Shown: positions 27,471 through 39,884, counted from the first letter of the whole stretch. The stretch: DNA of 63,712 bases, filler included, from Octopus bimaculoides (GCF_001194135.2; 5 parts of 5 records of this genome joined end to end with filler, not necessarily neighbours in it); one strand, 5' to 3'. Notes: a model not told the origin generated them from the sequence alone. Numbers and translations: made by a program.

Positions 27471-29707
27471 CATCAAACGTAACCAAACATAAAATAATCA
27501 GGACTGACGAAGAAAAAAAAAATTAAGATGAATCTAGATTTGTGAATTACTTTCCTATCTGTGTATATGAAATGGAATGTGGGGATTAGAAGCATTTCAA
27601 ATATGTCTTCCATATTCTACATGAAAGTTCAGCAGAAATTGAAATAGCTGTAGAAATGTTTTCCTCTACAATGATCTACATGATTGCTATTCTCTCATTT
27701 TATTAATTTGTCTGAACTGATATTATGTGTTTGGCCGAGAGGTTTCCAGTAACACCACCACTATTGCCATACACGTATTTCTCTTTTCTGGCTATTTTTT
27801 TCTCAGGCTGTGCATATGACTTTCAATTTAACTGTAATGAATAACAGCCAGATATTCTTGGCTTCGCTGTTTGCTGGTTTTGTTGCCTGCCTCTTCAATA
27901 TTGTCCAAGATTTATGGCCTTGGCCTGCTTAAAACCTCATGAAAGTATCTTCTCTTTAATTTCGCCATGTTTTTAATTTAAGGGGCGCGTTTTATCTTGC
28001 CTTTATTTGGCCATTTATTTTCTTTACAATATTAAACACAGTTCTCGTAACATTTCGGTTTTCTAAAATTCAGCAAGGGTTCTTTGATCTTTGAGCCAAT
28101 TTCTCTTGTCATGTTGTACACTGCATTTGATATATTTTCTCGTTTCATGTTTGTTGTTATTTGTTGTTGGTGTACTTACTAAACTGTCTTCAGCTTCGTT
28201 GTTTTAAGAGATGAAAGATTTTTACGTTTCTCCATGTATCAACGGTTATCGATTCTTTTAGCTATTTCCCCTCTACCTAATATATCTTTCCTCACGTTTC
28301 CGAAGTAAATTTCTGTTCTTATCAGTTCACAATTTTCCCCGATACTTCATGTAGAAGAGCTTCCTACCTATTTACGAGTCTTCGATGAAATTCAGATTGT
28401 ATTTTATTATTCTTCAGGCTATTTGTATCCAAATACACGGAAGAATCTGTTGATTTGAAATTATCGTTTCTTTTTATGAGTTCTAGATTGTCTGAAAATG
28501 TTCTTTAACCTGTCTTTATCCGAGTGTTTGGAGCCATTACGTGTTGCAGCTGAGCGTTTCATCTTCATCTTAGACATTTAAATAACAAGCGAGTGGTCAC
28601 TGCAGATATGTGTGTGCCTCATGGATTATCATAACATCGAAAAGACATTTCACTACACGTGATCAACAAAAGAGGAAATTTATCTTCTGTCGTTTTAGCT
28701 TTAACGCTGTCTAAATTTCAAACAATTTTTTCAAAAAATAATGCATTTGTGTTCATACATTGGCAAACAGTTGTTAGTACATTTTCAATACCTAATGCAA
28801 AAATTTATGCTAATTTTGTCACTTAGCTAACCATATACATTAGATTCATATTAGTACTGCTAATTTTATTAATATTCACCTTCGATGTCACTTTTACTTC
28901 TCATCTTTCCGGATTCGATAGAATGTGTAACAAAATATGTGATTGACAAGTTATCGACTATGCCTGTAATCCAGATTTTAGGTCCTGTGTATATGTAAGA
29001 AATGCATGTTATAAATGGCAGTATTTCACGCAACTACATAAAACTAAACTCAAATGTAGAACTGAGCTCAAATCTGCGCACTTCCTCTCTGCGTAGAGTT
29101 GTTCATACGTTATAAGGAACTTTTCTTTTTTGTTTGTGTCTTCCTATAAATTTATTTGCATGACATAGAGATATCGCAAGCATCTCAAATCAGACAGCAT
29201 TAAAAACGTTTATCTGGCAAATAAATATCATTCACAGAGGCACACGAAAAATTCTTATAGATAAAAGAATAGTGTTGCCTGAACAACAATTTTCCCAACA
29301 AGAGGCATTAAAAGATGTGATAAAACGCGTAAAGGAAAGCATAAAATATAAAAGTATGAAGAATTACGTGGAGTATAAGATTCGCAAGTGTTTCAAAGAA
29401 GAAAGTTTCCCTAAATAACTCATTGTCGTAAAAGAATTGAAAGTAATAAAATCCAAAACCGGAACTACAACAATGTTAGAATGGATCTTACACCAACGAT
29501 CTATCAACGACCTATGCGTAACATTTTGAGAAATTAATACCAAAATGTCGTTTACCGAACAACAAAGAATAAGAAAGCTAACTATTGAGCGACTTTTTCT
29601 CAAGTTGACGGAAGCCCATGCAGAAACACCACCTACATAACCAAATCTAAAATATATAATATAAAGACTGAATAGAATATTTTAATGCCGAAAGTAAAAT
29701 GTATACG

Positions 29708-29790
29708 CTTGCCGAAGGTGCCGTGCAGCGGGACTGAACCCATACCCAAATAGTTGCTCAGCGAACTCTTTAACCACACTATCTTGCCTA
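29708..29790 (-). mobile_element. SINE head fragment (family A-like)
   Basis: aaggtgccgtgcagcgggactgaaccc...ttaaccacac is the reverse complement of the family A tRNA-like head. Confidence 0.5.
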
Positions 29791-30024
29791 TATGAAACAA
29801 ATACCATCTTCTAAGGAAATAAGATCAAGTACTTGAAGCAGCTACAAAATTCTGAAACCTTGCCCACATTAACTGCAAGAGGGAGGGAGAAATAAACACA
29901 GACAGAGAGTAATGTGATAAATATTGAAAGAGTTCAGTTCTATATTTAAGAGATGAGGAATTATGTACATTATTTACATTATTTACAATTGACGGATATT
30001 TGTCCTCATCTTGTTTGTTGTTAG

Positions 30025-30068
30025 CACAACGTTTCAGCTGATATACCCTCCAGCCTTCATCAGGTGTC
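30025..30068 (-). ncRNA. Type I minimal hammerhead ribozyme motif
   Basis: Reverse complement: GACAC CUGAUGA A GGCUG GAGGGUAUAU CAGCU GAAA CGU U GUG. Intact core, stem II, palindromic ACGU stem III, stem I CAC/GUG. Confidence 0.65.
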
Positions 30069-30147
30069 TTGGGGAAATGTAAAACCTAGGTTCTCATTCC
30101 TAAAGTATTTTTTGGATGTTGCTATTATTATTATTATTATTATTATT

Positions 30148-30285
30148 GAGTGAGAGAGCAGTGCATGCCATCAAAGTGACACTGGGGTAAAATATACGAA
30201 GCCCAATATATCCATCATGACTACCCGTCTGATAAGGGTACACCAGGCACATGCATCACACCATATGTGCACGACATGGTGATCT
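30148..30285 (-). mobile_element. 5'-truncated TAA-targeting retroposon nested in the (TAA)n of the 29935-30479 element
   Basis: Flanked by (ATT)n on both sides and homologous to 324-408. Confidence 0.7.
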
Positions 30286-31362
30286 ATTATTATTATTATT
30301 ATTATTATTAAAATTATTATTATTAAAATTATTATTCAGGTCACTGCCTGGAATCGAACTCGGAATCTCGGGGTGTAGTTGCCCGCACTCTTAACCACTA
30401 CGACATATACCTACGTTGTGTTAACAACAAACAAGCTGAGGACAAATATCCGTCAATTGTGAATAATGTAAATAATGTATATTGAAAGAGTTTCTGAGTG
30501 GGTGAGTGTGTGTGTGCGTGCGTGTGCGTGAGGAAGCGAGAGGGAGGGAGGGAGAGAAAGAGAGAGAGAGAAAAGAAGTGTGTGATTGCGTGTGTATAGA
30601 AGTGAGATTATTTGAGTAGGAAGTTGTGAGAAAGATAGCCTGGTAGAGAAAGACACATACACCTACATACAGAGAGAGACAGAGAGTGTGAGTGAGAGAG
30701 AGAGAGAGAGAGACAGAGACAGTGAGAGACAGAGAGACAGACAGTGACAGAGGTGGGTGTTAGACGAAGAAAATTATCGAACTTCAACATAAACTAAAGG
30801 ATCAGTCCAACGACTGACAGATACTTTCAACTCGTAAATCTTTTATCAAATGATAACAGTACGAAGACAGTATATCATAGCGTTCTATGTTATTGTCGCT
30901 GTTTTTTTTTTTACCTTTAAATTCCCTTCTTTGCTTAACTGTTTAAAAAACTATCGTAAACTTAACAATGAAACTTGCTGAAGATTTTAAAGAACATCGA
31001 AACAAATCTTCTTTCTCTCTCATGTCTGTAATGGAACCATCTTAATCAGATTATAGACAAGAGTAGAGCTTCCTACAACAATTCATGACTACATTACGAT
31101 TGTTACTTCTCTTACGTGGATACCAGCATCGAACAAAAACATTGGAACACAATGAAGTAGTTAGAAAATATAGTGAGATATTTCTATAAACAATATAGTG
31201 TTCCTCTTGACGTCTGCTCTAGCATGAATAACAAGGGTTTAAAGAGATTTCAGAACAAAATAACTGATAAAATGTAACGTACTAAAAAGCAACGTAGTGA
31301 GTTGGTCCGGTGTTAGAGTCGTTGGAAGGTTAGAAGAAGCGTGGTAATAGTTCTGGTATTAC

Positions 31363-31555
31363 GGCGGCGAGCCGTAATACCAGAACTGTCTTTACGTTCT
31401 GAGTCTGTCTTTACGTTCTGAGTTCAAATTCCGTCGGGGTCAACTTTGCCTTTCATCCATTCAGAGTCGATAAAATAAGTACCGGTTGAGTACTGAGGTT
31501 CGAAGTAATCGAGTTACCTCCTTGCTGGCCTTGTGCCAAAATTTGAAATCAATAT
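31363..31555 (+). mobile_element. SINE family B copy 1 (rearranged head)
   Basis: ctgagttcaaattcc (B box), then ggtcaactttgcctttcatccattcagagtcgataaaataagtacc (Meta-like domain) and tail gctggccttgtgccaaaatttgaaa. Confidence 0.8.
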
Positions 31556-31570
31556 TAGTTCTGTTATTAC

Positions 31571-31790
31571 GGCGGTGAGCTGGCAGAACTGATAGCACGC
31601 CGAGCAAAATGCTTAGCGGCATTTCGTCTGGCTTTGCGCTCTGAGTTCAAATTCCGCCGAGGCTGATTTGCCATTCTCATAAATTCGGAGTCGATAAAAT
31701 AAGTACCAGTTCAGCACTGGGTTCGATGTAATCGACTTCAACCCTCCCCCCGAGCTCGCTAGCCTTTTTCCAAAATTTCAAACCAATATT
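31571..31790 (+). mobile_element. SINE family B copy 2 (near full length)
   Basis: ggcggtgagctggcagaa...tagcacgccg...gcttagcggcatttcg...ctgagttcaaattccgccgagg...gtcgataaaataagtaccag. Confidence 0.85.
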
Positions 31791-32308
31791 GCTTTTGGTA
31801 TTCTGAGTTTAAACTCCACCGAGGTGAACTTTGCTTTCAACCCATGGTGGGCGATAAGCAAGTTATCCGCCTAGAGCTATTGCAGCCCTTTTCTGCTTCC
31901 CATAGCCACATGTAGATGTACTTGCTAAAGAATGAGGCGGGTTACGCCAGCACTGGTTAATAATTTCAACATTTTATAACGCCGTTTCTAACATATACAT
32001 TGAAACACGTAGAAATGGAATGTGCGCTGGAGGCAAAATAATATCTGGAGAACAGCAACTGGACTACGTCCTTTGCCCTTGATGGTCGGGAGAATCATGG
32101 ATCAGTATAGTTCCTTCATTGGCTCTGGTAGGACGTTCAACTGTACCAAGATGACTACATCATTTCTAAATTCAGATATTTATTATACTACGTATAGTTT
32201 TTATCTTATCTCCCTCAACACTCCATTTCTTTCACACCTCCAAACAAATTATAAACTATCCTTGTAACGCACACCCATTATTAGTTGCCTCCGTGGAAGA
32301 GAAAATGA

Positions 32309-32401
<93 letters not shown>

Positions 32402-32416
32402 ATCATTATTATTATT
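32309..32416 (+). repeat. (ATT)n(GTT)n microsatellite
   Basis: Directly visible. Confidence 0.95.
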
Positions 32417-32878
32417 TACACATTTTTGTTTGACATTTCATTCACCTTGCTTTTGCAATGTGTTTAAGATGACCCGAGGGAAATTACGAGAACACAAAAG
32501 ACACGGCTTCACTGGTCTTGTATGAAGGTACCACTCAAATGGTTTTGAGATTGTATTAAACCTATTGATGTCAGCATAATGGGCCTNNNNNNNNNNNNNN
32601 NNNNNNNNNNNNNNNNNNNNNNNNNNNNNNNNNNNNNNNNNNNNNNNNNNNNNNNNNNNNNNNNNNNNNNNNNNNNNNNNNNNNNNNNNNNNNNNNNNNN
32701 NNNNNNNNNNNNNNNNNNNNNNNNNNNNNNNNNNNNNNNNNNNNNNNNNNNNNNNNNNNNNNNNNNNNNNNNNNNNNNNNNNNNNNNNNNNNNNNNNNNN
32801 NNNNNNNNNNNNNNNNNNNNNNNNNNNNNNNNNNNNNNNNNNNNNNNNNNNNNNNNNNNNNNNNNNNNNNNNNNNNNN

Positions 32879-32916
<38 letters not shown>

Positions 32917-33359
32917 TGTTGTATACATGCAGCGATCATATATACTAACACATACATATATGCAAACATAGATTTATGTGTATGCGTATTCTTGTATATT
33001 GCTATGCGTGTAACTATTTACATATTATATATGTGTGGATACATAACTATTCATATTCATGTATACTTATATAGATGCATATACGGTGTTTATACAAGCA
33101 TATATGCATTTATCCGAGTGTCATACGAGTATGTCTGTACGATGCGCACTCGTATGTGCATATTTAAAATCATATACTCCGGCATACGTGATCTATTTAT
33201 ATACGACTTAGCACATTTATGCACTTGAGCGCTTTTGTTCACGTGATTATGGGTGGATATGAATTTCGTAAGAACAGTTGTATGTGTATGTATGTACACA
33301 AGCATATACATACACAAATACACACGAACAACATACAGGTGCGTCTGTGTGGAGGAGCA

Positions 33360-33502
33360 GGCGCGGGTATGTGGTAAGAAGCTTGATTTTGAACCACATG
33401 TTCACGGGTTCAGTCCAATGTATGGCAATTTGGGCAAGTGTCTTCTACTATACTCCTGGGTTGACCATTCTGAGTGGATATGCTAGACGGAAAGAATCTG
33501 TT
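33360..33502 (+). mobile_element. SINE family A 5' half (degenerate)
   Basis: gtggtaagaagcttg...gggttcagtcca...ttgggcaagtgtcttctactata...tagacggaaagaa. Confidence 0.65.
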
Positions 33503-33504
33503 GT

Positions 33505-33753
33505 ACGTAAACACACCACCATCGCTTGTCAAGCGATGTTGGCGGGGAAAAAAACACATACACACGTATACATATATATATACATATATACGACAGGCTT
33601 CTTTCAGTTTCCGTCTACCAAATCCACTCACAAGGCTTTGGTCGGCCCGAGACTATAGTAGAATACTCTTGCCCAAAGTGTCCCGCAGTGGAACTGAACA
33701 CGGAACCATGTGATTGGTAAACAAGCTACTTACCACACAGCCACTCCTGCGCC
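33505..33753 (-). mobile_element. SINE family A (3' truncated), tail-to-tail with the previous copy
   Basis: Reverse complement of the 37718 and 47621 copies (ctttcagtttccgtctaccaaatccactcacaaggctttggtcggcccgag...taccacacagccactcct). Confidence 0.85.
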
Positions 33754-33833
33754 TATATATGTATTACCAAAATGTTAGCGCCAAGCAGTGTTTAGACATA
33801 GGCAAAGTTTTGGAAAGAATTTGAGCAAACTTA

Positions 33834-33912
33834 CTACTTGGCTTGTTCCACTTGCCAAAAGGTTTGCAAGGCAACAGTAGGCCTTAAGAGAAACATTCCT
33901 GTCCATAGAACA
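33834..33912 (+). mobile_element. Possible RTE-type LINE C-terminal zinc-finger remnant
   Basis: ACSTCQKVCKATVGLKRNIPVH resembles a degraded CxxC...GL..H...H knuckle. Confidence 0.3.
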
Positions 33913-34702
33913 CGATTTATTTTTGTATTTCTCGACGAGAGANNNNNNNNNNNNNNNNNNNNNNNNNNNNNNNNNNNNNNNNNNNNNNNNNNNNNNNNNN
34001 NNNNNNNNNNNNNNNNNNNNNNNNNNNNNNNNNNNNNNNNNNNNNNNNNNNNNNNNNNNNNNNNNNNNNNNNNNNNNNNNNNNNNNNNNNNNNNNNNNNN
34101 NNNNNNNNNNNNNNNNNNNNNNNNNNNNNNNNNNNNNNNNNNNNNNNNNNNNNNNNNNNNNNNNNNNNNNNNNNNNNNNNNNNNNNNNNNNNNNNNNNNN
34201 NNNNNNNNNNNNNNNNNNNNNNNNNNNNNNNNNNNNNNNNNNNNNNNNNNNNNNNNNNNNNNNNNNNNNNNNNNNNNNNNNNNNNNNNNNNNNNNNNNNN
34301 NNNNNNNNNNNNNNNNNNNNNNNNNNNNNNNNNNNNNNNNNNNNNNNNNNNNNNNNNNNNNNNNNNNNNNNNNNNNNNNNNNNNNNNNNNNNNNNNNNNN
34401 NNNNNNNNNNNNNNNNNNNNNNNNNNNNNNNNNNNNNNNNNNNNNNNNNNNNNNNNNNNNNNNNNNNNNNNNNNNAGGCAGCTGATGAACCAAAAGTTCC
34501 ATATATGGCTTGTCTGTTTTCCTATGTGTCCATTCTGTTGTCCGTAAAAAGAACTTCGTTTTTTGTGCTTTGTTTATGTTCCCGTTCTTTTTTCGTCCAC
34601 GTTTTTTTGACGTCCTGTACCCGGATATGCACCTATATATACATGTAGATATAGGTATGTACATATATGTATGTATATATGCATATGCTCACATATCTTT
34701 TG

Positions 34703-34738
<36 letters not shown>

Positions 34739-34879
34739 GTGTGTGTGTGTGTATAAAATTCTGTTATGTAGTATATATTTTCGTCTGTTGATTGATTTCG
34801 TGGGGTTCTGTACGCTTGTTTCGTGTTGTTGATGTAGTTGTTGTCAGTGCTAATGGTGTTATTCATATTGCTATAAGGA

Positions 34880-35250
34880 ATTATGGAGATAGTGAAAATG
34901 GTGGTGGTGGTGATGGGGCTTGTGGTTGTGGAAATGGTGGTAATGCCGATGATGACGACGACGACGACGACGACGAAGACGACGACAACGATGACGATGA
35001 TGATGATGACGATGATGATGATGACGATGATGATGATGATGATGATGGCGACGACGTTGAAGACGACGTCGACGACGTCGATGATGATGATAGTAAGGAT
35101 GATGAAAATGATGGTGGTGGTGGTGGTGGTGGTGGTTGTAATGGTAGCGATGTAGGTAGGACCGACGACGGGGATGATGGCAATAATGATAAGGTGCAGG
35201 ATGGTGATGCTGCTGATGATGATGATCATAAAGATGGCGATGCTGATTGA
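34880..35250 (+). repeat. Compound (GGT)/(GAC)/(GAT) trinucleotide tract
   Basis: Directly visible. It accounts for ORFs 34705-35250. Confidence 0.9.
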
Positions 35251-35808
35251 TAATCAGGAGATTGACGGACGAATGAAATGCGTGATATCCATGCTTGTAT
35301 GGTTGTTCTTTCTGTTGCTCTTAATTTCATTGCAAGCGAATCATAACACCTAACACCCCCATTCATACACATGCATAAATATATCCATGAACATTTGTCT
35401 TCTATACACATACAAATATTCATCTATTTTCCGCTGCACATACATGCAACCGTGTGCATATATACAGTCACCCATTCAATTTGCATATACGCTTGCTTGC
35501 ACATATTCAAAGACACGTAATACGCGTATATACGTGTAATATGCATAAATTCATGCACACAAACACACAGACAGACATACACACATACCCATACACAGCA
35601 AACTGATACATACGTTATTTCTGAAAGAAAGTGTTGGTAAACACGTCAAAGGATTTAGTAATAATGTATGTTCATATGTATGTACATTTACAAATATGTA
35701 TATTCATGTATATAAGTGTGTGCGTATAAATACGCTTATGATAAAGACTATGTATGATTGTATACATATATACATATAAACATATACATACACATATATA
35801 AACACACA

Positions 35809-35860
<52 letters not shown>

Positions 35861-35861
<1 letters not shown>

Positions 35862-36046
35862 TGGACAAAAAAACAGATAAGAATGCCAAAGGTGTGAGGA
35901 GTTTTCCGGATATTTATAAGGAAAGAGATATAGATATAGTCTTACAGCTGTTTCTGGGATATTATGGATATCCCTTTATCAGAGACGTTGTGAGATGCTT
36001 AAATACATGGTTAAATGTTTGAGCTCGAAAAACAGAATTATAAATA

Positions 36047-36050
<4 letters not shown>
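35861..36050 (-). mobile_element. Short hammerhead-bearing Penelope-like element inserted between TA-type microsatellites
   Basis: About 190 bp of unique sequence between (CA)(TA)n and (TACA)(TA)n, containing the hammerhead motif at 35939-35986. Confidence 0.55.
35939..35986 (-). ncRNA. Type I minimal hammerhead motif with a G8-to-A core change
   Basis: Reverse complement: GUCU CUGAUAA A GGGAUAU CCAUA AUAUCCC A GAAA CAGCUG UA AGAC. Stem I GUCU/AGAC, 7-bp stem II, palindromic stem III, GUA site. Confidence 0.65.
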
Positions 36051-36086
<36 letters not shown>

Positions 36087-36149
36087 TATAAATAAAATTA
36101 TAATTTAGGATATCTAAGAGATACCACCACGCTGGAAATAGTAGTCAAA

Positions 36150-36978
36150 GCTTGATTCTAAAACCGGGAGAAAAAACGAAGAGACAAAATAAACTAGCAA
36201 AAAGATTACTGGATAATTCCAGATCCCTGATTTCTGGCTCTGCATAAGAAAAGCTTTGCCTCATCAGTGGAATATACTCAGAAAAGCACATAAATACAAA
36301 TATATTGTTTTGGGGTTCTGCTATCGCAATGTTAATGAAACTCGTGCACATGATAGATTATGGTATATTTCACAATATACATTAGTTTTAATATCTGGCT
36401 GACCCTCCTTTAGCGTCAATTAGTACTTGCCTCGTTAAAGTCTGCACAGAGCTCCGACGATGTGTTTTCCGAGCGAGTGACGGATCATGGATCTGCCAGC
36501 ACGAGGTGATCTAGTATTTTTTCTACCTGTTGTATTGTCATTACATCTGTTGTCTCTCTGAAGTGCTTGAGAGTCGTTTGCATCGCACATGGAGAACATT
36601 TCATCTTCTGAGCAATTTGCCTTTGAGACATTCCCTCTTCATGATGTCCTACGATTTGACCTCGCTCACACTCACTCAACCCCTATGTTTTAGGCATTTT
36701 ACTGTTTATTAACTGTATCTACAATGTATTGCAGCATAAAACTCTGAAATAATCAAGGGAACATAAGTTAATTTTGGACGTTGGTCTAACTCATGATGAG
36801 TTACATATGTACACTACAGTATAAAAGCGGTAATTGATGCTAAAACAAATCAACCAGATATTAAAACTAATGCATATTGTAAAATATACCATAATCTAGC
36901 ATGTGCACGACTTTCATTAACATTGAGATAGCTCAACCCCAAAACATTGGGGTGGCTTAATACTTTTGGCCAAGATTG
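36150..36978 (-). mobile_element. Tc1/mariner remnant (5' TIR, HTH, first catalytic D)
   Basis: Reverse complement TA|CAATCTTGGCCAAAAGTATTAAGCCACCCC (36949-36980). ORF 36485-36679 SECERGQIVGHHEEGMSQRQIAQKMKCS is HTH-like, and YSTDEAKLF lies at 36248-36274. Confidence 0.7.
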
Positions 36979-37494
36979 TATATATGATAATATCTGTCTC
37001 ATTTTATCTTGTTACTATTCCATGGTACATCCCGCTTTTTATTACTATCCTTTTTTTCTTTCTTTTTCTTCTTTCTCCTCTACTTCTTTTCTTCATACCT
37101 ATTTCTGCTCCGTTTTCTTCACTGTGTAATTTCTATTCCTGTATCTTACGTCTTTGTCAATGAGAAATACAAAGTTACATCTGATCTACTAGTAAACATA
37201 AATAGCTAGCTATTCGGTCGAATGCGCATGCATACATACATGCGTACACAGGAATGTGTGCATGTATGTGTATGCGTGTCTATGTGTGTGTTTGTGTGTG
37301 TCAGGATGTGTGCGTGTGGGTGCACATGTTTGGTATTGTGTGTAGATGTGATATTTTGTGTGTGTATTTATACATTTTCTTATTTACCTTGACTACCATG
37401 TCTCACGCAACTCATCGCCAAATATAGATAAAAACAAGGTTAAATTGTGAATGGAATAATAGTAAATAGACATTTACACAATATATATGCATAA

Positions 37495-37667
<173 letters not shown>

Positions 37668-37717
37668 AGTGTGTATAATATATGCTATACATATATGCAT
37701 AGCATATATTATATATA

Positions 37718-38123
37718 GACGTAGGAGTGGCTGTGTGGCAAGTAGCTTGCTTACCAGCCACATAGTTTCGGGTTCAGTCCCACTGCGTGGCACCTTGGGC
37801 AAATGTCTTCTGCTATAGCCTCGGGCCGACCAAAGCCTTGCGAGTGGATTTGGTAGACGGAAACTGAAAGAAGCCCGTCGTATAAAAGTATATGCATATG
37901 TATCTGTGTGTGTGTGTTTGTGTGTGTGTGTCTGTCCCCCCCCCCCCAATATCGGTTGACAACCGATGCTGGTGTGTTTACGTCCCGGTAACTTAGCGGT
38001 TCGGCAAAAAACACCGATAGAATAAGTACTAGGCTTACAAAGAATAAGTCCTGGGGTCGATTTGCTCGACTAAAGGCGGTGCTCCAGCATAGCCGCAGTC
38101 AAATGACTGAAACAATTAAAGGA
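37718..38123 (+). mobile_element. Full-length SINE family A (tRNA head, CORE-like segment, internal TA/TG microsatellite)
   Basis: ggagtggctgtgtggcaagtagc...gggttcagtccc...ccttgggcaaatgtcttc...; tail ggcggtgctccagcatagccgcagtcaaatgactgaaac. Confidence 0.9.
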
Positions 38124-38407
38124 GAATATGTATATAGATATACATTTTTATATATGCAGATATATATGTATGCCTATATATGGACCTACTTATCTATATT
38201 ATTATATGAATGTGCGTGCGTATATACGTATGTATGTGTGTATGTTTATAAATATGGGGGCAGAGTGTTGTGCCCCAACATGGTCACAACCCTTGAGCTG
38301 AAACTGATGAAAATATATATACACTTCTATATTAAACTTCAACATGAGGCACAAAGAATGAAATTTAAATCAAACTTAATAATACCACTGCTGTTGTTGC
38401 AACCACC

Positions 38408-38437
38408 ACCAACACAACAGCAGCAACAACAACAGCA

Positions 38438-38490
<53 letters not shown>

Positions 38491-39214
38491 CTGTAGAATT
38501 CCTATTACCCGTGCTGCTGCTATTACTAATGCAACTGCTTCGTGTAAAAGCACTCCTACTTAACAAGCGCAAAACGAAGAATACAAACAAGAACAAAATA
38601 ACTGTGATGATGATAATCACGACGACGACGACGACGACGAAGAAGAAGAAGAAGAAGAAGAAGAAGAAGAAGAAGAAGAAGAAGAAGAACGTGAAGAAGA
38701 AGAAGAAGAAGAAGAAGAAGAACGTGAAGAAGGACGTAAAGAAGAAGAAGAAGAAGAAGAAGAAGAAGAAGAAGAAGAAGAAGAAGAAGAAGAAGAAGAA
38801 GAAAAAGAAGAAGAACGTGAAGAAGAAGAAGAACGTGAAGAAGACGAAGAACGTGAAGAAGAAGAACGTGAAGAAGAAGAAGAACGTGAAGAAGAAGAAG
38901 AAGAAGAAGAAGAAGAAGAAGAAAAAGAAGAAGAACGTGAAGAAGAAGAAGAAGAAGAAGAAGAAGAAGAAAAAGAAGAAGAAGAACGTGAAGAAGAAGA
39001 AAAAGAAGAAGAACCTGAAGAAGAAGAAGAACGTGAAGAAGAAGAAGAACGTGAAGAAGAAGAAGAAGAACGTGAAGAAGAAGAAGAAGAAGAAGAAGAA
39101 GAAGAACGTGAAGAAGAAGAAGAAGAAGAAGAACGTGAAGAAGAAGAAGAAGAAGAACGTGAAGAAGAAGAAGAAGAAGAAGAAGAAGAACGTGAAGAAG
39201 AAGAAGACGAAGAA

Positions 39215-39246
<32 letters not shown>

Positions 39247-39350
39247 ATAAGAACGTGAAGAAGAAGAAGAACGTGAACAAGAAGAAGAAGAAGAAGAAGA
39301 AGAAGAAGAAAAAGAAGAAGAAGAAGAAGAAGAAGAAGAAGAAGAAGAAG
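38408..39350 (+). repeat. Compound microsatellite ending in ~710 bp of (GAA)n with in-register CGT interruptions
   Basis: (CAA)(CTA)...(GAC), then (GAA)n from about 38640 to 39350 with recurrent gaacgtgaa. Confidence 0.95.
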
Positions 39351-39807
39351 ACGGCGTTGGCGGTGACAAACGAGTTTTTGACTATGTTCGGTAGGATGGA
39401 ATTACGTTCGAAGTTTTCCAAACTAAAATCCAATCCATGAAAGGCGATAAAAGACTAAGAAGTCAATCTTCCGTTGTGCATCACTTGGTAACTCTAACTC
39501 TTGATTAATATTCTAAATGTAATAAGAGAAGAGACGGTGATGTTTGTTTTTTTTTTTTTGAAAAAAGGAAATGAATAGTAACAAATAAAATGAATTAATA
39601 ACATGGTGTAGAGCAGTTATGTAACGTGTTTATAGAGATAGAGCGCCATTGATGTTTCTTAGAGACTAAATAGAGCAGCGTAGCCAGATAAAGTTAATTA
39701 CGAGCGAAGTGAGACGACCGTAAAAGCTGTAGATATAAGAACACTTTGGTGTATCACGAGACAATGTAACGTTCAGGCATAGCTTTTTTTATGCAAGCGT
39801 GCGTGTA

Positions 39808-39884
<77 letters not shown>

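Larger units (their letters stand above)
29935..30479 (-). mobile_element. tRNA-headed, hammerhead-bearing Penelope-tailed non-autonomous retroelement
   Basis: 13-bp TSD tattgaaagagtt (29922-29934, 30480-30492). tRNA-like head at 30339-30410, internal (TAA)n, hammerhead at 30025-30068, and 29966-30032 inverted at 30413-30479. Confidence 0.75.

Noticed and set aside
27700-28600. Purine-rich coding-like minus-strand stretch
   Set aside because: Only short open frames and no recognisable domain.
38079-39440. 453-aa ORF (poly-Q/L/T/K) and its antisense poly-F/poly-S ORFs
   Set aside because: These are translations of trinucleotide microsatellites starting inside a SINE tail, with no domain content.
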